Assembly (NCBI GenBank): GCA_963823665.1
Contig: CAWGMQ010000006.1
Span: forward strand, 1,440,001-1,504,000
Direction of reading: 5' to 3'
DNA length: 64,000 nt
From: an uncultured Planctomycetota bacterium
GTDB taxonomy: Bacteria > Planctomycetota > Planctomycetia > Isosphaerales > Isosphaeraceae
Part shown: piece after piece, positions 23,147 to 33,790 of the stretch
How positions within the stretch are numbered: position 1 is the stretch's first letter
Layout of the letters: every line of letters begins with the position of its first letter
Notes under the pieces: model-generated
Seen by the model: only the letters and a program-made list of their open reading frames with translations
The model's database searches: none
Told to the model about the DNA's origin: nothing
Made by a program: the position numbers and the translations under genes

Positions 23147-24031
23147 GTGAATCACGGCAATCGGGTAAATCGCAAGTTTGGGCGCTCCGACGATCGACGG
23201 CGGGTCGACACGGCCTGGAAAACAGTGGCCGTGCTCGGAATCGCCGCACTCGTCCTGGGCCTGGGCGCATCTGGCCTCGCTCGGGCGGGCGACTTGATCA
23301 TGAACGGCAACTTTACGTCGTACACGACCGGCTCCGTCCCCCTCAACCCCACCGGTCCGAGCCAGCTCGTTAACGATGCAGGCACCTCCACCCTTGCTCA
23401 GGGCTACACCTCTGTCTCAAACTGGGCATCGACTGCCTCCGGCGCCGGTCCTGAGTACAACTACACCTTCTTGTACACCGGGCCCGGGGACACACAAGGC
23501 TCTTATGCCCCAGCCTACGGCACCGAAACCTACATTTGGGGCACGGGCAACGGCGGACTCAATACCATTACCCCTCCCCCCGGAGGCGGCAACTACATCG
23601 CAATGGACGGCACGAGCCCCGTCAATACGCCTCTCTATCAAATGGTTTCCGGCCTGACCGCGGGTCAACTCTACGGGGTCAACTTCAACTGGGCGGCCGG
23701 CCAGTTCGCCGGCTTTTCCGGCGCTACCACTGAACAGTGGCAGGTATCCCTCGGCAGCCAGACCCTGTCGACCCCCACGGTGAACAACCCCAGTCATGGC
23801 TTCAGCGGCTGGATGTCCCAGACGTTGTACTTCACAGCCACCGCTTCCAGCGAGACGCTCTCCTTCCTGTCTGTCGGCGGCCCGGATACGCTGCCCCCGT
23901 GTGCCCTGCTCGCGAACGTGTCGATGCAGTCCGTGCCGGAACCTTCTGCCGTGGTGCTGCTGGCAATCGGCCTGCTCGGCATTGGCGCCGTCAGCCGGCG
24001 CGTACGCACCGCCAAGCGCGCCGCAGCGTGA
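23147..24031 (+). CDS. PEP-CTERM sorting domain protein
   Basis: GTG after AAAGGA; signal ending ARA-G; S/T/G-rich beta domain; VPEPSAVVLLAIGLLGIGAVSRRVR C-terminus. Confidence 0.9.
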   Translation: MNHGNRVNRKFGRSDDRRRVDTAWKTVAVLGIAALVLGLGASGLARAGDLIMNGNFTSYTTGSVPLNPTGPSQLVNDAGTSTLAQGYTSVSNWASTASGAGPEYNYTFLYTGPGDTQGSYAPAYGTETYIWGTGNGGLNTITPPPGGGNYIAMDGTSPVNTPLYQMVSGLTAGQLYGVNFNWAAGQFAGFSGATTEQWQVSLGSQTLSTPTVNNPSHGFSGWMSQTLYFTATASSETLSFLSVGGPDTLPPCALLANVSMQSVPEPSAVVLLAIGLLGIGAVSRRVRTAKRAAA

Positions 24032-24142
24032 TCGACAACCTGACGGGCTCGTGCAATAATCCAAATCGCGGCTGGGCGGGAAAGTGTTCCCCCCAGCCGT
24101 GATCGCATTACCACTGTTCGTGGATTCGCCGGACGGGACCCC

Positions 24143-25121
24143 ATGTTGCAGCTCCTCGGCGCGCTCTATGGTTCACTGATCCCTATCCTGCGGTTGGCAC
24201 TGTGGCTGGCAATCCTGGTCGTGATTTTCGTGCCGCTCGAGCGGCTCTTCGCCGTCCATCCGCAAAAAGTCCTGCGCAAGGCGATCGGCGTTGATCTTTG
24301 CTACTATTTCCTTGAGCAGCTTGCTCCCCGCGCTGCTATTGAGTGTGCCAATCAGCGTGCTCGCCTGGGCAGTGCACAGGGCTGTACCGGGCGGTATCCT
24401 GGCGGCGACCGCCGCCCTCCCACTCTGGGCACGCCTTCTTGCCGGGCTGGTGGTCGGGGAGATCGGCTACTACTGGGGCCATCGCTGGAGCCACGAGATC
24501 CCGTTCCTCTGGCGATTCCATTCCATCCATCACAGCGCCGAGCATGTCGACTTCCTGGTCAACACCCGCGCACATCCGCTCGACATGGTGTTCGGCCGGT
24601 TCTGCGTCTTGGTGCCGATCTATGTCCTGGGCCTGGGCAGCCCGGTCGGCCCGGCGGGCAGCGTGGTGCCCGTCCTGACCACCCTGATCGGCACAGTGTG
24701 GGGGTTCTTCATCCACGCCAATCTGCGCTGGCGGTTCGGGCCGCTGGAATGGCTCGATCTCCACCCCCGCATTCCACCACTGGCACCACACCCTGACCGG
24801 TCCCATCAACCACAACTACGCTTCCACCTTGCCCTGGATCGACCGGATCTTCAGGACCCATCACCTGCCCGGCGACGTATCCGGCCTCGCTACGGCATCA
24901 AGGCGAAATTGCCCGATTCGCTCGCCGGCCAACTGGCCTATCCGCTGCTCCGCGAGCCAAGGGCGCTCAACTCGCTTCAGACGCTCGATCTAAACGCGAC
25001 AGGTCCAGAATTGGAATACGAGGCGACTTCCTCCGTCCCCCTCGCCGGCGACCAGAGCCGAACAGATCCGATAATGGCAAACGAGCCGATCTCGCCGGCT
25101 TCCTCGCACGCTTTTCCCTGA
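24143..25121 (+). CDS. Sterol desaturase / fatty acid hydroxylase family membrane protein (about 3 frameshifts)
   Basis: FVPLERLF; His boxes HRWSH, HSIHHS, FIHAN, FHHWHH. Confidence 0.88.
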
Positions 25122-25138
25122 AAAAGGTGCCAGTCCCT

Positions 25139-25163
25139 CGTTCCCACGCTCCGCGTGGGAACG
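25139..25163. repeat. REP-like palindrome
   Basis: CGTTCCCACGC-TCC-GCGTGGGAACG, perfect 11-bp stem, intergenic. Confidence 0.75.
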
Positions 25164-25360
25164 GCAAGCGTGCCGCTCTGCGGCGTGTCCGACGTCGGCT
25201 GGAGCAATTTGTTCTCCTTCCCTGATTTCAAGGCGAAGCGCTCAATCGACGGCAAGGAAGAGCGACCGCCGGAATTGTGCATGTGCCTGGCCGTATTCGG
25301 GTGTATGATGTGGCGTTTCCGGTTGGCTTTTCTGCAAGACTATCGCGTTGGAGACCCGGC

Positions 25361-26080
25361 ATGAAGACCCTCTGGTATCTGGGGCCATTGATCGTCGCGC
25401 TGTTTGCTCGATACTCCCCGGATGAAGCCTCGCAAGCAGAAACTGCGGACAACACACTCACCCGTGCCGAGAAAGACGCAGGATGGCTTCTCCTGTTCAA
25501 CGGCAAGAATCTTGACGGCTGGCAGACAAGCTCGAAGCAGCCGAGCAAGATACCGGTCGAAAACGGGTCCATCAATCCTCATGGCTGCGGCGGTTACATG
25601 ATGATCCCCGAGAAGTCCTGGGCCGACTTTGTACTGGCACTGGACTTCAAGATCAGCAAAGGTTGCAATAGCGGAGTTTTCATTCGTACCCATCCGCTCG
25701 AGCCGCGGCCGGGGAAGGACGTCGGATTCAACGGCATCGAGATCGCCATCGACGACACCAAGACAGCCGGCTTCTACGACACGGGCGCGATTTATGACCT
25801 CGTAAAACCCTCCAAGAATCTGATGAAGCCTATCGGCGAGTGGAATCACATGGTGATCACCTGCGACGGCCCCAAGATCTCCGTCGAGCTGAACGGGGAG
25901 ATCGTCACCCGCATGAACCTCGACGAGTGGACCGAGCCCAATCGGCGGCCGGATGGCACCGCGCACAAGTTTGACGTTGCCTACAAGGCCCACCCGCGCT
26001 TCGGGTACATCGGTCTGCAGGACCACGGCTCGGCCTGCTGGTACAAGAACATCAAGCTCAAGCCGTTGGATCGCGGTTGA
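25361..26080 (+). CDS. DUF1080 (3-keto-disaccharide hydrolase-like) exported protein
   Basis: LLFNGKNLDGW, NSGVFIR, GAIYD, GEWNHMVI, GYIGLQDHG..WYKNIKLK. Confidence 0.92.
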   Translation: MKTLWYLGPLIVALFARYSPDEASQAETADNTLTRAEKDAGWLLLFNGKNLDGWQTSSKQPSKIPVENGSINPHGCGGYMMIPEKSWADFVLALDFKISKGCNSGVFIRTHPLEPRPGKDVGFNGIEIAIDDTKTAGFYDTGAIYDLVKPSKNLMKPIGEWNHMVITCDGPKISVELNGEIVTRMNLDEWTEPNRRPDGTAHKFDVAYKAHPRFGYIGLQDHGSACWYKNIKLKPLDRG

Positions 26081-27880
26081 TGCATCTGAATATCACGTTT
26101 GAAATGGGCCTCACGCTCGCTGTCCTGGCGGGGTTGCTCTTCGGCTTGATCAAGGACAGGCCTCCGGACGTTCTGTTCGTGGGCGCAGTCGTCCTGCTGG
26201 CAGCATGCGGCGTGATCGCCCCCGAAGATGCCTTCTCGGGCTTCGCGAATTCCGGCGTGCTGATCGTCGCTGCGCTCTTCATCGTGGCCGCCGGCCTGCG
26301 CGAGACCGGCGTGATGGATTATATCGGCGAGCACTTCCTCGGGCGCGTGACCACGGAGGGCCAGGCGCTGTTGCTCATGGCCGCCGTTCTGATTCCCTCG
26401 TCGATGATCTTGAACAACACGCCCAAGGTGGCGCTGCTCGTGCCCGTCTTGATCACCTGGTGCCGCAAGCGTCGTATTTCTCCCTCCCGATTGCTCATGC
26501 CGCTCTCGTTCCTCTCGATCCTGGGCGGCACCTGTTCGCTGATCGGCACCAGCACCAACCTGGTCGTGCAGGGCTTGCTGATCAAGCGCGGTCTGAAACC
26601 CATGTCTTTCTTCGAAGTCGGATCGGTCGGCCTGCCCTGCGCACTGCTGGGTGCATTCTACATGCTCACGGTCGGCAGAAAGCTCTTGCCGGACCGAAAG
26701 GAGATGATCGAGCAGCTCGAGGAAACGCGGCGGGAGTATCTTGTCGAGATGATGGTCCAACCGGGCTGCCGTCTGGCAGGAAAGACAGTCGCTCAGGCAG
26801 GGCTGCGCCAGTTGCCCGGTCTGTTCTTGATCGAGATCGACCGCGAAGGCGTCGTCCACGGCCCGGTCAGCCCCGACGAGGTCATTCGGGTCGATGATCG
26901 CCTGATCTTCACCGGAGTGGTGAACACGATCGTCGACCTGGAGAAGATTCCCGGCCTTGTGCCGGCTACCGACAACCAGTATGAGGTCTCGCCCGTCAAG
27001 CAGTGGGGAAGACGGCTTTGCGAGGCGGTCATCAGCCCGAGCTCGCCCCTGGTCGATGTTGCGGTACGAGATGCCGATTTTCGCGCACTTTACGATGCGG
27101 CCATCGTGGCGGTGCATCGCAACGGAACGCGCGTCTACTAATAAGGTCGGTGACATCCGGCTCCGCGCCGGCGACACCCTGCTCCTCCAGACCGGCACAC
27201 AATTCACCAAGTCTTTCCGCAACAAGCCGGATTTCTACCTCGTGAGTGACGTCGAGGATTCGCGCCCGGTCCGGTTCAATCGAAGCTGGCTCGCCGCGAT
27301 CATCTTCATCGGCATGATCACGGCGTTTGTAAGCGGTCGCGTCGACATCATGATCGCCGGTTTTCTCGCCGCCGGGGCGATGGTTGCCACCGGCTGCATC
27401 TCGGCAGGCGATGCGCGAAGATCGGTCGACTTGCCGGTCTTGATCGCGATCGCCGCGTCCTTCGGCGTGGGCAAGGCGCTCGAGCAGTCCGGAGTTGCCA
27501 AGCTATTCGCCGGCATGCTGGTCGATGCCACTCGATCGCTGGGCCCGACGGCAACGCTGGCGACGATCTACTTCGGCACAATGGTCTTGAACGAATTGAT
27601 CAGCAATAACGCCGCCGCCGCGCTTTCCTTCCCGTTCTGCCTCGAATCAGCCAGGCTCCTGGGGGTGAACGAGCGCCCGTTCGTGATGGCGGTGACCCTG
27701 GCGGCTTCATACGCATTTGCCTCACCCGTCGGCTATCAGACCCACATGATGGTCTTCGGCCCCGGCGGCTACCGCTTCACCGACTTCATGCGCGTCGGAA
27801 TTCCGTTAAACCTCCTCATGTGGATCGTCGCAATCATCTTGATTCCAATGATCTGGCCGTTCGCGCTCCCGGTTCCTTGA
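26080..27880 (+). CDS. SLC13/DASS family permease with TrkA-C domains (frameshift near 27137)
   Basis: AFSGFAN, LNNTP, LGGTCSLIGTSTNLVV, two RCK-C domains, SNNAAAAL, SPVGYQTHMMVFGPGGYRFTDF. Confidence 0.92.
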
Positions 27881-28160
27881 TGGAATCCGCCGGATTCTCG
27901 CTCCGAATCCGCGAGCCCCTCTGGCACGAGCACCGGATGTTCAAAGGGCCGGAAACAGACATCAACCTGCACGTCTTCTCGCTCGGCTGCCCGGAAATCG
28001 ACCGCATGCTCTTGTTCCGCGACTGGCTGCGGCGCAATGCCGCCGACCGCCATCAATATGGCCGCACCAAGCAGGCTCTCGCGCTGGAGGAATGGAAATA
28101 CGTGAAAAACTACGCCGACGCCAAGACTCTGGTTGTCGAGTAGATCATCGCGCGAGCACG
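27880..28160 (+). pseudogene. grpB: 5'-truncated GrpB-family gene with a premature TAG
   Basis: Only the C-terminal half is present (LRIREPLWHEHRMFKGPETDINLHVFS...FRDWLR...YADAK); TAG at 28141-28143 is followed in frame by IIARA. Confidence 0.75.
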
Positions 28161-28196
28161 CCGCCCCCGGCGCGTGAGCTATCCAGCACACAGCGT

Positions 28197-28791
28197 TCAT
28201 TCGCGGCGCACGACCCACTTGTCGATCGCCGCCTCGAGCCACGCCGTCCGCTCCGGCTCCGAATCCGAGAACGGCGACCACTCTGTCCGAATCAATCCCA
28301 CATCGATCGTATCGCGATTGGCCACGAGCAGCGTCTGGATATCGACTTGATCTTGAGGACGAAACGAAACCATCTTGGTCAAAATCAGCCCCTCCGCCGT
28401 GGCCACCTGCACCGAGTGACCTCGAGAACCACTCGATCGGCTTTGCTTCGCCAAGCGTTCGTGTGTAGAACGGGAGCATCGGTTTGAGCCAATCAATCCG
28501 GACATCCCTGAAAGAAAAGAACGTGATGTAGTCGCGCGTATATTCTTTAATCACTAGCTGTTCGTCGAGTGTGAACCCTTTTTCCACAAGATCCTCGAGC
28601 AAACCCGGCAAGACGATCGCGGGAACGTCGACCAGAAAGTCGACATCCTCCGTGACTCGGAGCCGGCCGCGGATCGCCGTGGCCAATCCGCCGATCAGCG
28701 CGTGACGAACCGATCGAGTAGCAAACGCTTCGGCGAGTAATTCGACCGCCCGGAATAGTTCTTCAGGCAGCGGTCCAGGATCAGTATCCAT
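28197..28791 (-). CDS. AbiEii-like nucleotidyltransferase (frameshift near 28425)
   Basis: ALIGGLA..RG.LRVTEDVDFLV pol-beta NTase motif; VATAEGLILTK..SFRPQDQVDI C-terminal motif in the alternate frame. Confidence 0.8.
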
Positions 28792-29014
28792 GGCGCTTCA
28801 AGAACTCCCGGATGGCCCGGCGCTCAAGATTCTTCTGCTCCTCGGCATACTGACGGGCCCATTCCGCCTTGGGCGAGATTCGCATGATCCGCGCTCCGGA
28901 GTCGAGGAGGTTGCGAAACGCCCGGAGTCGTTCCTCCGGCCCGAGCGCCCTGAACCTCGCAACATCTTCGAGAATCACTTCTGACTCGCTTGGAAATCGA
29001 ACAGGTAGGTCCAT
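28781..29014 (-). CDS. Small (77 aa) charged helical protein overlapping the NTase gene; putative antitoxin/partner
   Basis: MDLPVRFPSESEVILEDVARFRALGPEERLRAF...; 11-nt overlap with the NTase start; extended -10 TGGTACAAT at 29049-29057 (minus strand). Confidence 0.7.
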   Translation of the reverse strand: MDLPVRFPSESEVILEDVARFRALGPEERLRAFRNLLDSGARIMRISPKAEWARQYAEEQKNLERRAIREFLKRHGY

Positions 29015-29223
29015 GGTCGTTCCTTGGCTCCGGTGGCTCGTGAGTGTCATTGTACCATTTCCCCTGCTGCATTCCGCCCGGGACTTGACCACGCAATTCC
29101 TCGGCATGAGAATCTGACGGCATTGCCGCCTTACAGATCCGAACGTCGCGGCATTTCCGTTCTCATCAGGAGATTCTATCATCCAGGTCGTGATCGCAAT
29201 CGCGCGTCTCCAGGGATTCTTGC

Positions 29224-29931
29224 ATGGCTCCGTCGAAAAACCCGCAAAGTGACACGTCCAGCGACAATCCGTACGAGCCTCCGAAAACGGAGTCCGGGGC
29301 ACCGCAGCCGGGCCAGAAGAGCTGGTTGGACGCTCGCGCCTCGGGCCGGACTCGAGCGGCGCCGGCCGCGCAGTTCACGCTCGATTGCCAGTGCGGGCGA
29401 GCAATCGCGGTCGCCGGGTCGCAGGCCGGGTCGACCGTCGCCTGCGAGTGTGGTGCGGCCGTGCAAGTTCCCAGCCTGGGCAAGCTGCGGGAATCCTCCG
29501 GAAAAGGCCGCTATGAGTCAGGCATCACCGATACGGTCCAGCGAATGGTCCAAACTGGCGAGCTCCCAGGCGGACACACCTGCGCCGTCTCGGGGAAGCC
29601 GACGGACGACGTCATCGAGCTGGAGATCTTCATGCCGAGGTTTTTCAAGGGTCAGGAAGATCCAAGAAAAGCACCGCTCATCATCATGTTTGGTATCTGG
29701 AGTTTGATCTACCTTGCTCTCGTTCAGCGTACGCAATTCGCAGAAGAAGGTGGAACGGCCGTCCAGGTGCCGCTCCGCGTCGCACGACGGTCTCACAAAA
29801 AGGTTCGCCGTATGAGCCAACGTCGGCTGAAGCAGCTCCTTCGCACGGTCCCGGTCTACGCGCAGTTGCTCGAGGAGAATCCAGACGCACGCATCAGCGT
29901 CGATGCCGGTGCCTGGGATTCCGCCACCTGA
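29224..29931 (+). CDS. Hypothetical membrane protein with N-terminal zinc-ribbon motif
   Basis: NPYEPP motif, CQCG...CECG, one TM (LIIMFGIWSLIYLALV). Confidence 0.7.
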   Translation: MAPSKNPQSDTSSDNPYEPPKTESGAPQPGQKSWLDARASGRTRAAPAAQFTLDCQCGRAIAVAGSQAGSTVACECGAAVQVPSLGKLRESSGKGRYESGITDTVQRMVQTGELPGGHTCAVSGKPTDDVIELEIFMPRFFKGQEDPRKAPLIIMFGIWSLIYLALVQRTQFAEEGGTAVQVPLRVARRSHKKVRRMSQRRLKQLLRTVPVYAQLLEENPDARISVDAGAWDSAT

Positions 29932-30029
29932 CCCTTCGGGGCGCTCGCAGAAGGAATGTCCCCGCCGCCCGCGGCGGCGAAGAAAGCCATTCGCCGCCAG
30001 GAGCCACCCGATCAATCGATCGATCGGAT

Positions 30030-30548
30030 TCACTTCTTCGAGCCGCCCTCGGGCTTCAGCTCCATCTTGATCGTCGACTCGAGGTCCTGTGCAATCTCCC
30101 GGCCTTGCACCGTCAACATGAGCCCAATCTTCTGAACCACGTTCGAGGACTTCAGGATTCCTTCCGTGTTGTCGAACGTGTAATGGCCCTTCATCTCTTG
30201 CGACTTGACCTTGACCTCCGCCGGCGTGTCCGCTTTGGGCTCGAGATCCACCTTCACGTCGACGCCGATGTTCTCGATCGAGCCTGACGGACTCTCGAGC
30301 GTGTATTTCATGTCCATCGCCATTGTGCCGAACGACATCTCCGTCGTCTGCGTGAAGCTCGTCTCGATTTTCCGACCCTGCACTTCCGCCGCCAGCGCGA
30401 CTTTCTGGCTGAGCACGAAAGCTCGCTTCTGCCCCGCTGCGAACTTCCATCTCAGCGTCGTATCGGCCGCCCTCGCTGCGGCAGCCAACGAAAAGACGCT
30501 GACAGCCACCAGGCACGATACCGACACGCCGAACCTTGTACTTTTCAT
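30030..30548 (-). CDS. DUF6263-like exported protein, short paralog with ~130-aa in-frame internal deletion
   Basis: Shares MKSTRFGVSVSCL, DTTLRWKF and QEMKGHYxFDNT with the upstream paralog; central part absent. Confidence 0.75.
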   Translation of the reverse strand: MKSTRFGVSVSCLVAVSVFSLAAAARAADTTLRWKFAAGQKRAFVLSQKVALAAEVQGRKIETSFTQTTEMSFGTMAMDMKYTLESPSGSIENIGVDVKVDLEPKADTPAEVKVKSQEMKGHYTFDNTEGILKSSNVVQKIGLMLTVQGREIAQDLESTIKMELKPEGGSKK

Positions 30549-30589
30549 CGCGAGACTCCCCGCATCCCCGATCCTTCTCCCGCCTCGAG

Positions 30590-31498
30590 TCACTTCGAGC
30601 CGCTGTTCTTCTTCAATTCCAGCTTCACCGTCGACTCGATGTCCTGGTCAATCTGCTGGCCGTTTGCGTTCACGGTCATCGTCATCTTCTGGACGACATC
30701 GGTCGATTTGAGAATTCCCGCCGTGTTGTCGAAGCGGTAATGGCCCTTCATCTCCTGCGCCGTCAACTTGAGCTCCACAGGAGCGTCTTTGGTCGGCTCG
30801 ATTTCGACCTTGGCGTCGACCCCGATGTTCTGTTCCGAGCCCTCGGGCGCCTCGAGCGTATAAGTCATGTTGATGGTCATCGATCCCAGCCCCATCGGCA
30901 TTTTGCGGACTCCCTTCCACGACTTGCCTTGTGCGATTGCTTTTTCCGGGAAGATCGGCATCAACTGTTCGAAGAGCTTCTTGAGACCTTCGTCTCCGCC
31001 GAACATGGTTGCCATCGGACCTGCCTCCTCGAAGGCCTTGAGCAGCTTCGGTGGAAGTTTCACGTCGAGAAACTCGCCCCGCTCGCTGACCTTCGACGTG
31101 AAGGGTGACCCGGCGATCGCGCGAATCATCTTGGTCGTCTGCTCGGGCACACCCTGCGGGTCCTGGGCATCTGCCGTGTCGAGCGCCAGGTTCCCGGCCG
31201 GGCCATTCATGTCGAGCTTGAGCCGGTCGATTGTCTGCATCATCTGGGCGGTGCCGTCCGTGCCAACGCTCTTGATTTCCCATGTCATGTCCATCGTTTG
31301 CGTGATGGTCATCTCCACCTTCTTGTCCATCGCGTGCGATGTGATCGCCGTCTTCTGGGTCATGCCGTAAACGAACTTCTGTCCCGCGACGAACTTCCAC
31401 CGAAGCGTCGTGTCGGCCGCATTGGCCCGAGCGGCCGCACAGAGAACCATGGCCACCGCCAGGCACGATACCGAAACGCCGAACCTTGTACTTTTCAT
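30590..31498 (-). CDS. DUF6263-like exported beta-rich protein (full-length paralog)
   Basis: Signal peptide; LRWKF..GQK, MTWEIKSV..DG.A....TIDR, FPEKAI..GKSW, FDNTAG. Confidence 0.8.
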   Translation of the reverse strand: MKSTRFGVSVSCLAVAMVLCAAARANAADTTLRWKFVAGQKFVYGMTQKTAITSHAMDKKVEMTITQTMDMTWEIKSVGTDGTAQMMQTIDRLKLDMNGPAGNLALDTADAQDPQGVPEQTTKMIRAIAGSPFTSKVSERGEFLDVKLPPKLLKAFEEAGPMATMFGGDEGLKKLFEQLMPIFPEKAIAQGKSWKGVRKMPMGLGSMTINMTYTLEAPEGSEQNIGVDAKVEIEPTKDAPVELKLTAQEMKGHYRFDNTAGILKSTDVVQKMTMTVNANGQQIDQDIESTVKLELKKNSGSK

Positions 31499-31763
31499 CG
31501 CGAGACTCCCGGGATTCCGAACGCTTAACCCGCCTCGACCAGCAAAACTCGGTTGGACGGCCGACAATCATGATTGCAGCAATTCTCAATCTCGGCAAGA
31601 CATCGTCTGCACGAGCGCTACGTGAAGAACGGAATCCCGACTCCTCCGCCCGCCGATTTGTCCGCCAGTGCGTTGCCGAGGGTCTATCGGCCCGCGACGC
31701 GCGCACGTTGATCGCCTGGTGTGTCGCGCGCAAGATTCTCGATTGACCGATCGGCAGAAAGGC

Positions 31764-31787
31764 GGCCGACAAGAGTGTCGGCCCTAC
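31764..31787 (-). repeat. GTAG-type REP
   Basis: Minus strand GTAG-GGCCGAC-ACTCTT-GTCGGCC, just downstream of the VWA gene stop. Confidence 0.7.
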
Positions 31788-31808
31788 GCGCGGATGGTCC
31801 GGCCGGCC

Positions 31809-33566
31809 TCACGGATTGCGGGTCAATCCCTGAGCCGTCCGCACCGCTGCGATGAATTCCTTCCGGTAGCCCGAGCCATCGCGTGAAAGCGTTTGCGAAG
31901 CGATCTCGATCACACCCGGATAGGTAAGGCTTCCCTTGCCGTCCGAGTTTCGCAGCAGCATCCCGAAGCCCGCAACGGCCGACGCAAACTTCAGGTCGTC
32001 CGACGAGGCGCCGAACGATTGTCCTTTGTCAACCACGCCGATTTCGATCTTCCGGCTCTGGTCCTCGTTCGGCTGCTTGTAGCGCAGCCGGACGGCGAAC
32101 GACTCGTCGCTGGGCGTATGCGTTGTGGTCGTCTTGGTGTATTTGAGCGCGGCTGAATCTTCGACCTTCTCCTCCATCCCCGCGGGCACCAGCTCGTACA
32201 GTGCCGTCACGTGGTGCCCTGCCCCGATCTCGCCCGCGTCCTTCTTGTCGTCGTTGAAGTCCTTGTGCGCCATGATCCGGTTTTCATACCCGATCAGGCG
32301 GAAGGCTCCGACCTTGGCGGGGTTGAACTCAACCTGGATCTTCACATCCTTGGCGACGGTGACCAGCGTCGATCCCATCTCCTCGACCAGAACCTTGTAA
32401 GCCTCGCGCGGCGAGTCGATGTAGGCATAATGGCCGTTTCCCCTGTCGGCGAGCTTCTCGAGCTTCGAGTCCTTGATGTTGCCCATGCCAAAGCCCAGAA
32501 CGCTCAGAAAGACTCCGCTCTTGGCCTTGGCCTCGATCAGCTTCACCAGCCCATCGTCGTCGGAGAGGCCCACGTTGAAGTCGCCGTCCGTTGCCAGGAT
32601 CACACGATTGGTGCCGTTCTTGATGAAGTTCTGGGTGGCAACGTCATACGCAAGCTGAATGCCCGCGCCGCCGTTGGTCGAGCCGCCCGCGCGAAGCTGC
32701 TCGATGGCGGAAGTGATCTCGGCCCGTTTGAGGCACGACGTCGAAGGCAGCACCAGCCCCGATGCGCCCGCGTAGACCACCAGCGCGATCTGGTCGTTCT
32801 CGCCAAGCTGCTCGATCATTCTCTGCAAGCCCCACTGCACCAGAGGCAGCTTGTTCGCGTCGGCCATGGAGCCCGACACATCGACCAGGAACACCAGGTT
32901 GCTGGGCGGCCGCCGCGACTGGTCGATCGGTTTGGCCGCGATGCCGATGCGTGCCAGCCTGTGCCTTGCATTCCACGGGCAGGCGGCCGTCTCGATGTGT
33001 ACTGCGAACGGATGCTCACTCTTTTCCGGCGGCGGCTCGTCGTCATACGCGAAGTAGTTCAGCATCTCTTCAATCCGCACGGCATCGCGCGGAGGCAACA
33101 TGTTCTGCGCCAGGAACCGCCGGATGTTTGAGTAGCTCGCGGTATCGACGTCAATGGAGAAGGTCGAAAGCTGCTCGGTCGCCGTCTTTCGAAACGGATT
33201 GTCCGTAACCGATTCGTACGTCTCCGCGGCGACCGTCTCCGGATCCGAGAGTTGCGCCACATCAACTCCATCGGTTATCTTCGCCCTGCTCAAAGCAACA
33301 GTTTCTGCCGGTGCATCCATCCGGGCACGGATTGATTTGGGCACAGGAGCACCGGCTGCCTTCTTCGCTATTGCCCCGCCGCTCGGCGCGTACCGCGCAG
33401 CCGGTGCCGCGTTCGCTGGCGTGCTGGCGAGGGGAACATCTGACTTGGACGATTCCGCCGGCACACCTTCCGGCACGCCCCCGGCGTCGCACCCGACGAC
33501 GAACCAGTACATGCACACAATCGCGAAAAGCGAACCGAATTGTTTCAGTCTCGAGCTGCAGCGCAT
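31809..33566 (-). CDS. YfbK-like von Willebrand factor A domain lipoprotein
   Basis: VVGC lipobox-like; [60 protein letters not shown]. Confidence 0.92.
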   Translation of the reverse strand: MRCSSRLKQFGSLFAIVCMYWFVVGCDAGGVPEGVPAESSKSDVPLASTPANAAPAARYAPSGGAIAKKAAGAPVPKSIRARMDAPAETVALSRAKITDGVDVAQLSDPETVAAETYESVTDNPFRKTATEQLSTFSIDVDTASYSNIRRFLAQNMLPPRDAVRIEEMLNYFAYDDEPPPEKSEHPFAVHIETAACPWNARHRLARIGIAAKPIDQSRRPPSNLVFLVDVSGSMADANKLPLVQWGLQRMIEQLGENDQIALVVYAGASGLVLPSTSCLKRAEITSAIEQLRAGGSTNGGAGIQLAYDVATQNFIKNGTNRVILATDGDFNVGLSDDDGLVKLIEAKAKSGVFLSVLGFGMGNIKDSKLEKLADRGNGHYAYIDSPREAYKVLVEEMGSTLVTVAKDVKIQVEFNPAKVGAFRLIGYENRIMAHKDFNDDKKDAGEIGAGHHVTALYELVPAGMEEKVEDSAALKYTKTTTTHTPSDESFAVRLRYKQPNEDQSRKIEIGVVDKGQSFGASSDDLKFASAVAGFGMLLRNSDGKGSLTYPGVIEIASQTLSRDGSGYRKEFIAAVRTAQGLTRNP

Positions 33567-33790
33567 CGACGGTCTCCTTGAAGCGATACTCGACGTCAAG
33601 GTCGGGGACGAGCGAAGATTGGATAAGGACGTAACGCTTCCCGCCCGCGAACGCGGTGGAGGAATTCTCGACGCTTGAACACGTGAAAACGCCGAGCACA
33701 AAGAGCCAATCACCCGATAGACGTACGTATCGCCAGCTTATTAGACGAAATGGAAGTAGAAAGCGTTCATACGGAATTCAGAATTTCCGG

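Noticed and set aside
25981..27225. 414-aa minus-strand ORF, and many similar long antisense or alternate-frame ORFs
   Set aside because: Shadow ORFs of GC-rich genes, with no motifs and full overlap with well-supported genes
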